Positions 1 through 12,304 of a stretch of 64,000 nucleotides of DNA are shown in pieces. Positions within the stretch are counted from its first letter, which is position 1, and each line of letters begins with the position of its first letter. The position numbers were made by a program, and so were the translations under genes. The stretch spans positions 77,562,001 through 77,626,000 of the forward strand of contig NC_043008.1 of assembly GCF_006345805.1 (NCBI RefSeq), given 5' to 3'. This stretch comes from Octopus sinensis (Eukaryota). Under the pieces are notes generated by a model that did no database searches, had not been told where the DNA came from, and was given only the letters and a program-made list of their open reading frames with translations.

Positions 1-46
1 AATTTCATCCTTCTTGCCAATGGTAGAAAAGGATTATTTATTATTT

Positions 47-1056
47 TACAAAGGTAAGTTCAAAGATTATAGGCACTTTTGCTTCTGTAATCTTTTAAAA
101 TCAAAAGCATAATTTTTTGACACAGTTTCCTTGCTTTTTTATGCACTTATTCCAGTTGTTCACAAGCTTGCTTAAGCCATTGGATAAAAAGATTTTCGGC
201 TGGTCACGCAGCCAGTTATGTACTGTAGCCTATACTTTTCCAAGGTAATGTAACCTTTTTCCCAGGTAATGTTCCAATACATGGCCTTTCGCGACCCCGA
301 CCCTTTCTTCTCCCTCACCCTAAATGCGGATAGCATCACTTTTCACTGCGGTAGGCTGAGTCTTGACTTTTTTTTCGCTGGCGATTCCGGGTGTTTCCAC
401 TCCGTACACTACCTTTTGGATTCTCGATCAAATTGAAGGGTACAGTTCTCATCTGTAACTATTCATTCTAAAGACTCTTTGCCTTCATCGTTGTAGAGGT
501 CAAGTAAGCGTTCACAAATCTCTACACGACTGCACTTATGTACTTCGGCAAGCTCTCCTGGCAGCCATGTCCCAGACCTTTTGGAAGCGAAGTGTGTGGA
601 GGATTTCGTATCTAGAACCATGACTAATTTTCAGAGAACATGCCATCTCATCGATGGTCACTCGTCGGTTCGACAGAAGCATCGCTTGAGCTTGCTGAAT
701 CTTCATGTCAGTGGTTGAGGTTGATGGTCGTCCTGCTCCCTCATCCTGCTTCACGCTTGGCAGGCCAGTTTTAAACTTTTCCATCCATATAGCACAGTCC
801 CTGCTTTCAGCCTACGATGAATTTAAGTCCCAGACAACGGCAATCGGATCACACTGTCAGTGGAGCGGCTATGTTTACTTTGTAACACAAGACCGAAAAC
901 TGGAGCGATCAAGGTAAAACTTCGGTTACGTAATCACAAGGGAACCACAAGAGAGCGATCGTAACGAAAAGAGAACCATCATCTTTCATGTGAAGACAAC
1001 ACTGCAGCCAAACTAAAGAAAACGGAAATGCGTATGATTTTTGTCTTACCCTCGTA
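47..1056 (-). mobile_element. Decayed, internally deleted mariner-family DNA transposon
   Basis: Degenerate TIRs with TA ends: tacaaaggtaagttcaaagattataggca (47+) vs tacgagggtaagacaaaaatcatacgca (1056-). Minus-strand remnants: HTH region (ORF 536-784, GRPSTS...NRRVTIDEMACSLKISHGS), IVTDE...EWKHPESPAKKK...KVML, and C-terminal LRDQPKIFLSNGLSKLVNNWNKCIKKQG. Multiple stops and frameshifts. Confidence 0.9.
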
Positions 1057-1654
1057 CAACTTTTTATATACATATATATAAAAACACATACGCATTTACA
1101 CACACACAGACGCACACGCACATACATATATACATGCCACATGCATAGACACACAAGCACACACACATACATACATACACATACCAATCATGCACACGCT
1201 GATATAGCTGCTCATATGGCTTTCTTTTCTGCATAACTATTACCATTGTGTCTATACATGAACTTCCGTGTTAAAACGTTTGGTGATCCATCCTATAAGC
1301 AACTTATAGAGTGGTTAAGGATAAAGTGCAAAACCTGAAGCTAAAAATATAAAATTGGAGTTAAATAATTTCATTTTGTGCAGGTCTAATGAAATGAATG
1401 AAATGTGGCGTCAGTGAAGTGTTTAGTTATGTTTCTTTCTATATATGTCAGATTGCATGAAGATTCCAAAATCTAGAGCTGCTTCACTTTTCTATAGAGA
1501 TTTTATTTCAGATTAAAATATTTCAAACTTTCCGTTTATAAACAGTGGCTAATTACTGTCTATGCTCAGACCTTTGATAAATCTAATTAAAAAATCTCAA
1601 AGAGAATATATTAGACTTGTAAAAGAACGAAATCATGTTGCACTAGTTATTCAG

Positions 1655-1812
1655 GGACGTGTGCGTATGTGTGTGTGTGCGTGCGCCTGTGTATGTATGT
1701 ATATGTGTGTATATATATATATATGTGTGTGTGTATATTTGTATACATGTATGTATGTTTGTATGTATGTATGTATGTATGTATGTATGTATGTATGTAT
1801 GTATGTATGTAT
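1655..1812. repeat. Compound (TG)/(TA)/(TATG)n microsatellite
   Basis: Directly visible; explains the overlapping VCMY/HTYI ORFs in the track. Confidence 0.95.
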
Positions 1813-2541
1813 GAGATAATGATTGTGAGCATATATGAATATAATCATTTAAGTTCGTGTGAGTGTGTGTGTATGTTCAATTTGTATGTTTATTTAATTA
1901 TAAATCTATGTGTGTACCTATAGACACATATAAGGGAAATAACTCAGGAGCAGGTTTTTACCCGCCAAGAAATATCGTAGGGTCACCTAAACATATAAAA
2001 TACTAAGGTTTAAAATTTTCAAATAAAAGAGACTATCAAAGCAATTAGAAGACAACAATGGCCCTATAAGGTTTCCAACTGAATAGAATATACTTCGCAA
2101 TCTAAATTATCCAAAATATGTCATTTAAAAAATAGATCCACTTCAATAAATATGATCTATGTTATCTAAAAAATATCGATAACGACGAACTTAGTATCCT
2201 GGAAGTTAACTCGAACTAGTTCAGATCGATTAAAAGATTCTTCCTTTCTTGTTTGTAGATTTTAAACATTCCGAGAAGTTTTTACTAGCTAACTGCTTAG
2301 GTAAAATCGGTTTACTGAAGTTTTCCAACTCATTAGTGCAATTTTACAATAGCTAAAATTGTTAAAGCGAGATTACCTACAACCCAATGTATCTCAATTC
2401 CATCTCAAGGTCATGCGTTCGAATCTTCTGCAACCTATTTGGATAACACATTCTGTATATTTCAATTCTTTTGGTCGTGAATTTTTTATCTGAAATAAGC
2501 TAGTTTCCTGTCCAGGGGTAGACTTGCCTGATTCTGTAGCA

Positions 2542-3857
2542 CAGTGCTTTTCAAACTTTTTGCTGGAGCGGAACCCCAAGGAAACATTCCACTGGCTCGA
2601 GGAACACCTGTGCAATAATTTAATTGTCTTATGCAAAAAACAGCATTTAATTAATGAAATGAAAATACTCATGTTCAGATTTATTTACAATAAAAACACA
2701 AACTGTAAAAAAGTTGTCACGTACATATGCAATTCTATTCTTGCATCTACAGTTATTATTAAAACATGTATTAAAAAATCTTTATTTTGAATAGATTACA
2801 TTTATTCTCACCAAAAACTCAATGAGAAACTTGAGCCTGGTGTTTCTTGCACAACTCTTTAAGATTGGGTCGTGTTTTTGATAGACACACATGAAGTTCA
2901 TCTTCCACAGACAGCAATTGTGCTCACTTCTTGTGCTTGATGGTTCTCAGGGCTGAAAATCCAAATTCACACAAGTAGGAGGTTGAAAACTGCACAAGAA
3001 GTCGCAGCGCTTTCTGGGCAATTGCAGGATATTCCTTTTCAATCAGCAACCAAAATGCATTCAGGTTAAGCTCAGAATTCTTCAACTTTAATGTTCTGTC
3101 ATTTAAAACACTGGTAAGTTCTTCTGTTAATGGGAACTGTTCTTCAAATGGCTCAAATTCCACAAATGGGTTTCTAATCCAGTCATACTGGTCAACAGAT
3201 ATCGATGGAAAATATTTGTCAAGATTTGTTAACAGTGTGCAAATGGTTCAAAATCAGTAGCGCAATTTCTTGACAATTCCTTTTAAAAACATTTGGAAAC
3301 ATTTTCAAATTTCCTGTAGCTATGCATTTCTTCCATATCGCCAATTTCTTCTGAAAAGCATTTATTTTGTCAGTAGAAGACAAGATATTTTCGTTCCTGC
3401 CCTGCATGCCATTGTTCAAGAGGTTTAACTCATGAAATATATCGGCAAGATATGCTACCTTGGAACATCATTCAAACATTCTACAAAGTCTTTCAGGTTT
3501 TCTTGCAAACAAAAGGTCAATAACTCTTCTAAAGATCTTTTAAAAGGCGTATTAACAACAACAGCTAAATGGCTTACACAGTTAAATTGTTTCTTCCAAA
3601 TATAATCACTCGTATTTTACAAAAGAAAACTAAACCATCATCTAAGCTGGCATGCAACTCGTAGATGTGCACGTACATATACACACCAAGGATCAGGGTC
3701 ATCTACGCTGGCGAGTAACTCGTAGATGTACACGTAGGCCTAACGTACACACATATCTGCACAGGATAATTAAAAAATTACTGTCGATTTTAGCATTTAT
3801 GTAACTTCTTGCGAAACCCCTGGACTGTACTGGCGGAACCTTGGTTGAAAACCACTG
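2542..3857 (-). mobile_element. Non-autonomous hAT transposon (Charlie/Buster, ZBED5/SCAND3-like), internally deleted
   Basis: TIRs cagtgcttttcaaac (2542) and gttgaaaaccactg (ends 3857); identical 8-bp TSD ctgtagca at 2534-2541 and 3858-3865. Minus ORFs 3219-3419 (MQGRNENILSSTDKINAFQKKLAIW) and 2924-3163 (FWLLIEKEYPAIAQKALRLLVQFSTSYLCEFGFSAL, hAT dimerisation domain). Confidence 0.93.
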
Positions 3858-4639
3858 CTGTAGCAGTTCATAAAAAAAAGCCAATTATATGTTGTGATAT
3901 TTTATAAGTTTCTATGTTTAAAGTATTCACAGGTTTTATAACTGTCATGTCATATCAGAAACTTAAATCATCCTGGGTTTTTAGGAAAGCTGAAACATCT
4001 AGTTTGAAGACATGTTTGTAGCATTTTCTTAGATTTATATCAATTCGTTGCAATTGATATGATTAGTAGCGTTGAAATAAATGGCCGTCATGAAATACTG
4101 AATAATTTTTCGCAATCAACATTTGATCGAAATATACTTTGGTAATAGAATTATTGTGATTACGAATAATGAACAATTGTGTCTCAGAGTCACAAAGTAT
4201 TGCTGTGAAATAAGAAAGCCATATTGTCATTAACAGAGACCCTGAAACCTTTTACATCTTGACAGACAGATGTAACACTGATATATCTGCAACACAGGAA
4301 CCGAGAATTCATTATTAAACAATTCCAACATATCAATTTAATTGTCAGAAATAAATTGTTATTGTCTTCTCATTTTATTTCCCGATCTCTTCACGTTTTC
4401 CTACAGCTTAGCCATCAAACTCTTGAGAAAAGTGTTGAAATCCAGCATAAGAGGAATCCATAGTGGACCTGCATCAGCAATATAATTCAAAGGAAATAGT
4501 AGTGAATATAACTTCTTCATCGTTTCCAGTCCATGCTATATTTCACAACCATTCTTCCATGGACAATTCCGGTAATATATCAATATCTTCTATGGTAAAT
4601 AGAGACGCTGTAAGAGTTTTCCCGACCTTCTTACTTCCG

Positions 4640-4780
4640 ACGGAGAGAGTTGCAGAAGTACTTGACTGATAATTTATTTATCGATCCCGTAAGACAAAGA
4701 TGGGATTTGAACTTAGAGTACAAAGAGCTACAATAAATACTACTAGGCATTCTTTCGAACTCTCAAACGACTCTGCTAAA
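4640..4780 (-). mobile_element. Partial tRNA-derived SINE (same family as 44953-45168)
   Basis: tttatcgatcccg...gggatttgaacttagagtac...aacgactctgc is a degraded reverse complement of the 44953 SINE. Confidence 0.5.
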
Positions 4781-5188
4781 ATTTTCTGCTTTGATAAACA
4801 GAACACTTGATGATGTCAATAAGAGAGGCTGTGCCCAGTTAGAAAATATGGTCTGTTTTCAGCATAGCTTATCCCTTTGTTAAGAATAAGATTGCTATTG
4901 ACTGTTAGTGAATTTTATTACCTTCTCTCATAACGTCCCACAACTCTATTTTCATTCCTATGATTAAAATTTCAATGGGTGTAAGAATTCCAAGAATAAT
5001 TTTTTTCAGAAAAAACAATCTAGATCCATGAAAAATGATGAAGCTGTTTTCTTTATAAATAAACCCTGAAAATCCGGAATAGTGTACGATACCACGAACG
5101 TATAGAAGCTATGAAGGCAAATTTCTCATGTATTTAAAGTGCGATTTCCTATCATTATTGAAACATGTAAATTAATAGATCCCCACTA

Positions 5189-6385
5189 TACGAGGGGTTA
5201 CCCAGAAGTAACCGGAAACGTTCTCTGTGGGACAAGCCCGTTGAAGTTCAGGCTTCTGCTGCTAGAAGCCACTTAATGCAACCCTCAGCCATCAGTCTAC
5301 CGACCGGCAGTGATGGCTGTGGTCGTACTTCCACGTGGTGTGTCTTTGTTTTGCAGTTCTACTACTCTCTTCGTCGATTTTTGCAATGGCTGAAATTCTG
5401 TTATCTGCAGAGGAAAACAGCGACTGAATCAGTTGTCATGCTTAAAACGACTTACAAGGGCATTGCTATGAGCAAAACACAAGTTTACGGGTGGCTTTCA
5501 CACTTTAGAAATAATCACTTGTGGCTTGGAGACCAAGCTTGTCCAGGGTGACCGTCTACTTCCCGAACGAATAAAAATATCACGAAAATTCATGAGCTGA
5601 TCTTGGAGAACTGTCTTCGCACAACTGAAGAACTTGTTGATATGACTGGTGTGTGCTAGGGCTCCTGCTAACGAAAGAACTGTGAACTGAAAGAACGGTT
5701 GAAAGATGATGTGAACCTTTTTATGAAGGTCATCACTGGTAACGGAAGCTGTTGTTATGGCTATGACCGGGAAACAAAGCAGCAATCAAGTCAATGGAAG
5801 CATACAATGTCACAAAAGTGAAGTCCAATGTCAAAATGATGCTGATTTAATTCATCTATGCGAAAGGAATTGTCCACACAGTATTTGTTCCTCCTGGTCA
5901 AACTGTTAACCAGATATTTTACTTCGCAATTCTGAAGCGTTTGCGAGACACGGCGAGACGAAAACGCCCCGACCAGTGGAACAGTGAAGAGTGACGGTTT
6001 CATCACGACAGTGTTCCTTCTCACACGGCATTAAGTGTGAGGCAGTTTCTGATCAAAAGTGGCCTAACCCCGTTTACCCATTCTCCCTCTCCACCCGATC
6101 TTTCTCCCTGTGATACTTTTTTGTTCCCCTGAAAGAAAAAATTTTTTAAAGGAAAATGTTTTGCAGATGTGGAAGAGTTGCAAAAAAAAAAAAAGCTACG
6201 GGGGCGTTAACAGGCACCATTTGGCAAGAGTTGTAGGACTGCTTCGATCAGTGGAAAACGCGTCTGGACCGATGTATTGCTTCAAATGGAAAATACTTTG
6301 ATGGCGATAAAAGTGTAAACATATGTAAAACTAAGTGAATAAAATCATATTGCAAAATTCTGCTTCTTTTGGGTACCCTCTCGTA
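5189..6385 (+). mobile_element. Near full-length decayed mariner transposon
   Basis: TIRs tacgaggggttacccagaag (5189) and cttttgggtaccctctcgta (ends 6385) with TA ends. Remnants KFCYLQRKTATE...MSKTQVYGW, VITGNGSCCYGYDRETKQQSSQW, FVPPGQTVNQIFY...LKRLRD, FHHDSVPSHTA, SPDLSPCD. Confidence 0.92.
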
Positions 6386-7338
6386 AACATGGACGACGGC
6401 TATTTAAAGATAAATCGCTTACCTCTGTATTACAGACGATATATTGTCTGTAGTGACCCGGGCATCTTTCCAAATGTGATGTCGATCTTACAGCACTGCA
6501 AAGAGTAGAAAAATGGATACTGAAAAATTGAGTCAACGACGGATTAAACACATATCACGCAATCACGTAGAATGATGTACTGGACAATAAGAGACACAAA
6601 CAACCCTTAAATAAAACATAATTTGCTAAATACAGGAATTAACTAGGACTAAACTGTATTTAATATACTATTTTAAATACTAAAGGTACTAAAAAAAGAC
6701 ATACACACATTCACAAAATATAAAGTAAACAGTAACAGAGGTACTAAATGTGTAGCGAATAGCTTTGAGAAAATTGGCTGATATTGATTTTCTTGATCTA
6801 TGTTCTCAACCGGGTTCCATATGACCCCTGAGTGTCCATATAAGATTTTGGGGATCCACGCAGCAAATTAGTAAATTGGGGTGGGGGTCTACAATACTAT
6901 CTTAAAGGCTCCTGAAAAAAAATTGTTTTAGAAGCAAGAAACAGCTAGGTTTCTTTCTCTAAAACATTTTACATAGTTAAACCTACACAAGTTAACGTGT
7001 GAAAAGCAAAATAGGAATTTTGGGAGAAGTTTCTATGAACTGACGCACATTATTGTATTACGCAACACTAGCTTATGTGAAACGCGCATAAACAAATTAT
7101 AGTTTATCAATTTTGAATTCAAATGTATAATTCTCCATTCTTCTTTGTGTTTTATACTATAATCTGAAATTTTCAGAAGCGAACTTTGGATTTACTAATT
7201 GAACAGGAATACAAATATAATTGTATGGGCTAACGTGGTTTCCCATGATTATCACTGGTCTATCTAATTAGCTGAGTTGTGTTACTAGAGAATGCTCAAA
7301 AACAGAATCACCTGCAGTTAATATACCAATTCTCTTTT

Positions 7339-7467
7339 ACATTATTTACATTCGACGGATATTTGCTCTAATCTTGCTTGTTGTTAACACAACGTTTTGG
7401 CTTATATACCCTCATCAGATGTCTTGGGGAAATTTTGAACCTGGTTTCTCATTCCTTAGGTATTTTT
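7339..7467 (-). repeat. Short repeat family H1 (Penelope pLTR-like) with degenerate hammerhead motif; inverted partner of 9520-9660
   Basis: Reverse complement of 9520-9660. Minus strand reads gacat-ctgatga-gggtatataagcc-aaaac-gtt-gtgtt (stem II partly deleted, GAAA mutated). Confidence 0.7.
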
Positions 7468-7489
7468 CCATGTTATTATTATTATTCAA

Positions 7490-7571
7490 GTCACTTCCTG
7501 GAATCAAACTCGGAATCTTGTGGTTAAGAGCGCGGGCTACTAACTCCAAGATTCCACGTTCGATTCCGGGC
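7490..7571 (+). mobile_element. tRNA-like SINE head folded back on an inverted partial copy
   Basis: A-box-like gtggttaagagcg and B-box gttcgattcc at ~7557; upstream ggaatcaaactcggaatctt is the reverse complement of aagattccacgttcgattcc. Confidence 0.55.
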
Positions 7572-9401
7572 AGGCGACTCACTATCACCACTCCTCTTTT
7601 GATTAGCCTTATTACCTCTCTCAAAATTTCTCAATGATGCACAGTACGGATATAAAATGTTGGATAAAAATATAAATCAACTCATTTACATGGATGATTT
7701 AAAGCTCTTTGCAAAAAATGACGAACAACTCAACGATTGTTAAACAATTCAGCGATGACATCAGAATGCAATTTGGCCTCGATAAGTGTGCAAAAGCTAC
7801 TTTTATCAAAGGAAAAATGACAGAAACATCTAACGTTTACCTCGATCAGCAGAATGTCATAAAAGAATTAGACCCAGCGGAGAGCTACATGTACCTAAGC
7901 GTAATTGAAGGGGACGGAATAAGGCATTCAGAAATGAAGGAAAGGATCAGGAGAGAATGTTATCGCAGATTAAGAGCAATACTGAAGACAGAGCTGAATG
8001 CAAGAAACAGGATCGAAGCAATCAATGCTTTAGCCATACCAGTCGTGACTTACAGCTTCAATATCGTTAACTGGTCAAATACTGAAATATGACAGAAAAA
8101 TACGTAAACTGTTGACAATGCATAGAATGCACCACCCTAAGGCAGATACAGAACGACTTTATCTGCCAAGAAAAGAGGGAGGCCGTGGACTTTTACAACT
8201 GGCAATAACAATGAAGATTGCTACAATTGGCCTAGACACCTACCTGAAAAACTCTGAGGACTGGATGTTAAAACTTGTCTCAAAACATGAAAACAAGAAA
8301 GCATCATACTCAGTAACAAAACAGGCAAAGGAATATCTAAGTGAATTCCGAATACAACAAATTCCGGAATTAGACACACAAGAAACCAGTACAGAAAAAA
8401 AACTAAGCGCATGAAAACCCGTGCTAAAACTGCTGCCTTAGATATTCTGAATGTTAAATGGCAAGAAAAACCTCTCAATGACAAATACCCAAAGAGAGCG
8501 AATAATGCAGATGTTGACAAAGCCCTGACACATCAATGGCTAATGGCCTCTGGCTTAAAATCTGAAACAGAAGGGTTTATCTTAGCAGCTCAAGATCAAT
8601 GCCTACCTACAAGGAACTACCAGGCCAACATATTAAAGAATGGCAGTAACCCAACATGTCGTGTATGTCAACAACAAAATGAAACCATTGATCATGTTGT
8701 CTCCAAATGCAGTCTTCTTGCACCTACAGAGTATCTCAACAGGCATGATAAAGCTGCACAATATATTCACTGGGTAATTTGCAAAAGCCTGGGCTTGCCC
8801 CATGATAAAAACTGGTGGGAACACAAACCACCTCCAGTGCTTGAAAATTACCACATCTCACTCCTCTGGAACTTCACCATTCAAACTGACAGAAAGATAG
8901 ACGCGAATAGGCCAGACATTATAGTAAAAGACTTCAGACAAAAAACATGCCTCCTCATTGTCCCAATCGATATAAATATATCTGTCATGACCTATCAGAG
9001 ACTGAGCAAATATAAAGATCTTGAAATAGAAATCAGCAAAATGCGGAACCTGAAGACTAAAACAATACCTGTTGTCATAGGTGCCCTGGGATTGATAGCA
9101 AAGGGGCTGATTACTACCTACCTCTGATACCAGGAAACGCCAAAATTGCAGAAATTCAAAAGATAGTGCTCATGGGAACTGTTCATATCCTACGCAAAAT
9201 ACTTTCTATGTAATCTCAAGTTTTAAAACACTCATAATTTTCGTTTTTTTTAGACATTTACTAGTATAACACTAAGTACAAAACCAAATATATGGCACCC
9301 TAGGCATATCACCAACATGAACTTCCAACTTGTTGTCTCTTGAGGTCTCTGGGTGAGACTTGGAGCCAGCTTGTGCAAATGTAAAGCAAAAGTCAAACAT
9401 A
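7572..9401 (+). mobile_element. 5'-truncated R4/Dong-like RLE LINE (family A, copy 1), pseudogenised
   Basis: GDSLSPLLF, IYMDDLKLFA, FGLDKCAK, RLYLPRKEGGRGL, CCHC finger CRVCQQQNETIDHVVSKC, RLE motif NRPDII...KYKDLEIEI...IPVVIGALG (ORFs 7709-8092, 8112-8414, 8411-9127); 3' UTR runs into (TAA)n at 9403. Confidence 0.93.
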
Positions 9402-9402
<1 letters not shown>

Positions 9403-9500
<98 letters not shown>

Positions 9501-9512
9501 GGATAATAATAA
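9403..9512. repeat. (TAA)n(TGA)n tract at the LINE 3' end
   Basis: Directly visible. Confidence 0.95.
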
Positions 9513-9519
9513 TAGCATC

Positions 9520-9660
9520 AAAAAATACTTTAGGAATGAGAACCCAGGTTCGAAGTTTCCCCAAGACACCTGATGAAGGCTGGAGGATATATAAGCCGAA
9601 ACGTCGTGTTAACAACAAGCAAGATGAGGACAAATATCCGTCAAATGTAAATAATGTAAA
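9520..9660 (+). repeat. Short repeat family H1 (Penelope pLTR-like) containing a hammerhead motif
   Basis: Inverted copy of 7339-7467; contains the motif at 9565-9610. Confidence 0.75.
9565..9610 (+). ncRNA. Putative minimal type I hammerhead ribozyme
   Basis: Stem I gacac(9565-69)/gtgtt(9606-10); core CTGATGA(9570-76); extra A; stem II ggct(9578-81)/agcc(9594-97); GAAA(9598-9601); palindromic ACGT stem III; GTC triplet, predicted cleavage after 9605. Folded by eye only. Confidence 0.65.
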
Positions 9661-9714
9661 TAATTCCTCATCTCTTTAATATAGAACTGCCATTCTTTTT
9701 TGTTGTGACACACA

Positions 9715-9727
9715 GGCACACACAGGC

Positions 9728-9771
<44 letters not shown>

Positions 9772-9880
9772 GAATATAGATTAGATACGTAGGACATAAT
9801 CATGTAATTATACGTTTCATCGAAAATATGACGTAGAGAGAGAGAGAGAGAGAGAGAGAGGAAGAGAGGAATATAGAGAA

Positions 9881-9931
<51 letters not shown>

Positions 9932-9940
9932 GAGAGAGAG
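9715..9940. repeat. (CA)n and (GA)n microsatellites
   Basis: Directly visible. Confidence 0.95.
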
Positions 9941-10282
9941 TTAACTGATAGATAAGCAGACAAACAGAAAGAAGATAGTCGAGATGTCGGATACGATGTC
10001 ACCAAAATTATGTAAAAAAAAACCTAAATATCTAAAAATATGAATGACTTCATTGTCTGATTTCCACAAACGACGTAACGCGGTAAATAAAAATCATTAG
10101 ATCATTATCGCGATCCGAGTGCGATAATAGAAATCAAAACTGTTCCCCTTACTTATCTAGTGGATCTTAAACATAGCTTTGTAAACATAGTTTTTACCTT
10201 TCTCCTTAGTTCCTCAATAATTACGTGGTAACTTTGACCTATAGAAGAGACTAGAAATAGCTAAACAGTATAATAGAAATTA

Positions 10283-10318
10283 AACACACACACGCACACA
10301 CACACACACACACACACA

Positions 10319-10349
<31 letters not shown>

Positions 10350-10430
10350 GTGTATATTTATATATGTAAATATAGAGATATATGAATGTATATACATACA
10401 AACACACACACACACACACACACACATATG
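10283..10430. repeat. (CA)n/(TA)n microsatellite cluster
   Basis: Directly visible. Confidence 0.95.
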
Positions 10431-11179
10431 TATGCATATATACTGAAGTTGTCTTTATTACCATACATTCAAGTTGTCGCTACGACGGTCTTTCAGAACG
10501 GTGCTTGCATTGTTACCACCAATTTAGTTTATAGAATCATATTTCTTGGATGTCATTGAAGCACAATGTTAAGGCCAAAAAGACCTGCTATTCTCTCTTA
10601 TATCATTCTTTAAGTATTGCTATAGTGTCTTTGTTGGCACGTTGAGACTAGTTTCATAAGTGACAGGGACGATGAATATCTGCTTTACAACGTATGTCCT
10701 TAGGTAATATATATACAGATTGATTTCTCTATGCGGAGTACATTTGTTTGCTAATTGTCTCCTAAATAACAATTACTTTCAGCCGTGTATTTTACGCTTT
10801 TGTCCTACGTATCTAATCTATAACATGTTTGATAAAAAATTTTTGAAAGTCGCTTTCTGATCTGGGTATTCAAATATATAGCTAAACTTTAACATTCTTC
10901 AGGCATTGTTGCAGATAGATGTCTATACATAGAGACTGCTTTTACGTGTGCGTTGCAATGTTATGGGTGATACGTCATTTGAGAGAACGGGATAGAAAGC
11001 GATATGGTAATAAGAGGGAAAGAGAGAGAGAAAATTGAAAAAGGATCCCCCCCTCTCTCTGACCGTCAAATGGAACATGTAATTTTAACAAGCATAATCG
11101 TGAGATACAAAACAGAATATAAATTTTCCGCCATGATTTATTACAAGTGTATTCTATATAGAGAACACCTGCCTCTATG

Positions 11180-11224
<45 letters not shown>

Positions 11225-12304
11225 AAATAAAATCAAAACCAGAACACAAAGGATGTCGCGGTACACATGTTTCAAGCTTTATAAACGACCTGTTCTTACA
11301 TCAGTGTATAAGAGATATAAAAGATGGTTTAAAGCTCTCTTCAGCCGCATGCATTGTTATTCCAAAGAGTTACATCACACTATGAAAAATATGAGGTATA
11401 TCATATCTCCCTGAGAAAGTGTATTTGTAAAATTCCACAACCAAATAGGCGTATCATTGGATTTCGAAAATTTGTCCATACTGTATCACCAGTCAACATA
11501 GAGTGAATGTTAAATAGATTTGAATGGGTTCATTCCCCTTGTAAGGAAATAGAAATAAAGTGAAGGAAAGAGGAAGAAAAAAAAAGGGGAAGAAAAAATA
11601 TGGACAACATGAAGAGGAAAGAAAATAGATAGAAAGAAGAGAGAAAAAATAGAGGGGAAATAGAGAGAAAGAAAGAAAAGGGAGAAAAAAAGGGAGATGA
11701 GAAAATAGAGAGAGAAAACGTATGTACGTATGTGTGTATGTATGTGCGTGTGTGCATATATGTTTATTAAGATATATATATGTGTGTAGTTGTGTGTGTG
11801 TATAGATATCTATATCTGTACATATCCTTAGTTGTGTATATATTTACTAGGATTTAACTGTAGATGTGTATGAGGATATGTGTGTGATTCCATATACTTA
11901 AAACTGTGTATCTCATGCTGTGTTGTATGAGAAATGTTTATATATATGCACACGGGTAGGTATGCAGACACACACACACATACACTATAAACTTAAAGCA
12001 TGTAGTGACAGATTGCAGTAAAGTGACCACTCACTACAACATTATCAAATTTCAACCCACCCCTCCGGAAATAAGAAGTGATTTATGACCCTTACCACCA
12101 CATCAAAACCTAAATCTTATTCTCAACTCTTTTAGCATCTTATCTCTTTATCTTAATTCTTTTGTTTTTACGATTATTTTATATCTTTTTATATCTTTTA
12201 TATTTCTTTATATTTTTATACTTTTTATATTTTCTTGTTACTCTAATTTTAATATTTATTTGTGGTTCCAACATTATTATCCGAATATTTATATTTGAAT
12301 TTTT

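Noticed and set aside
1930-2400. Possible Penelope N-terminal remnant (LSKK.IDNDELSILE); similar hint at 46600-47050
   Set aside because: Single weak motif with frameshifts; not supportable.
4400-4670. Possible terminal exon (e.g. GPLWIPLMLDFNTFLKSLMAKL* on minus)
   Set aside because: Several frames and strands are equally plausible; no homology recognised.
6800-7060. Possible hAT-type MITE starting ctatgttctcaacc
   Set aside because: No matching second TIR or TSD found.
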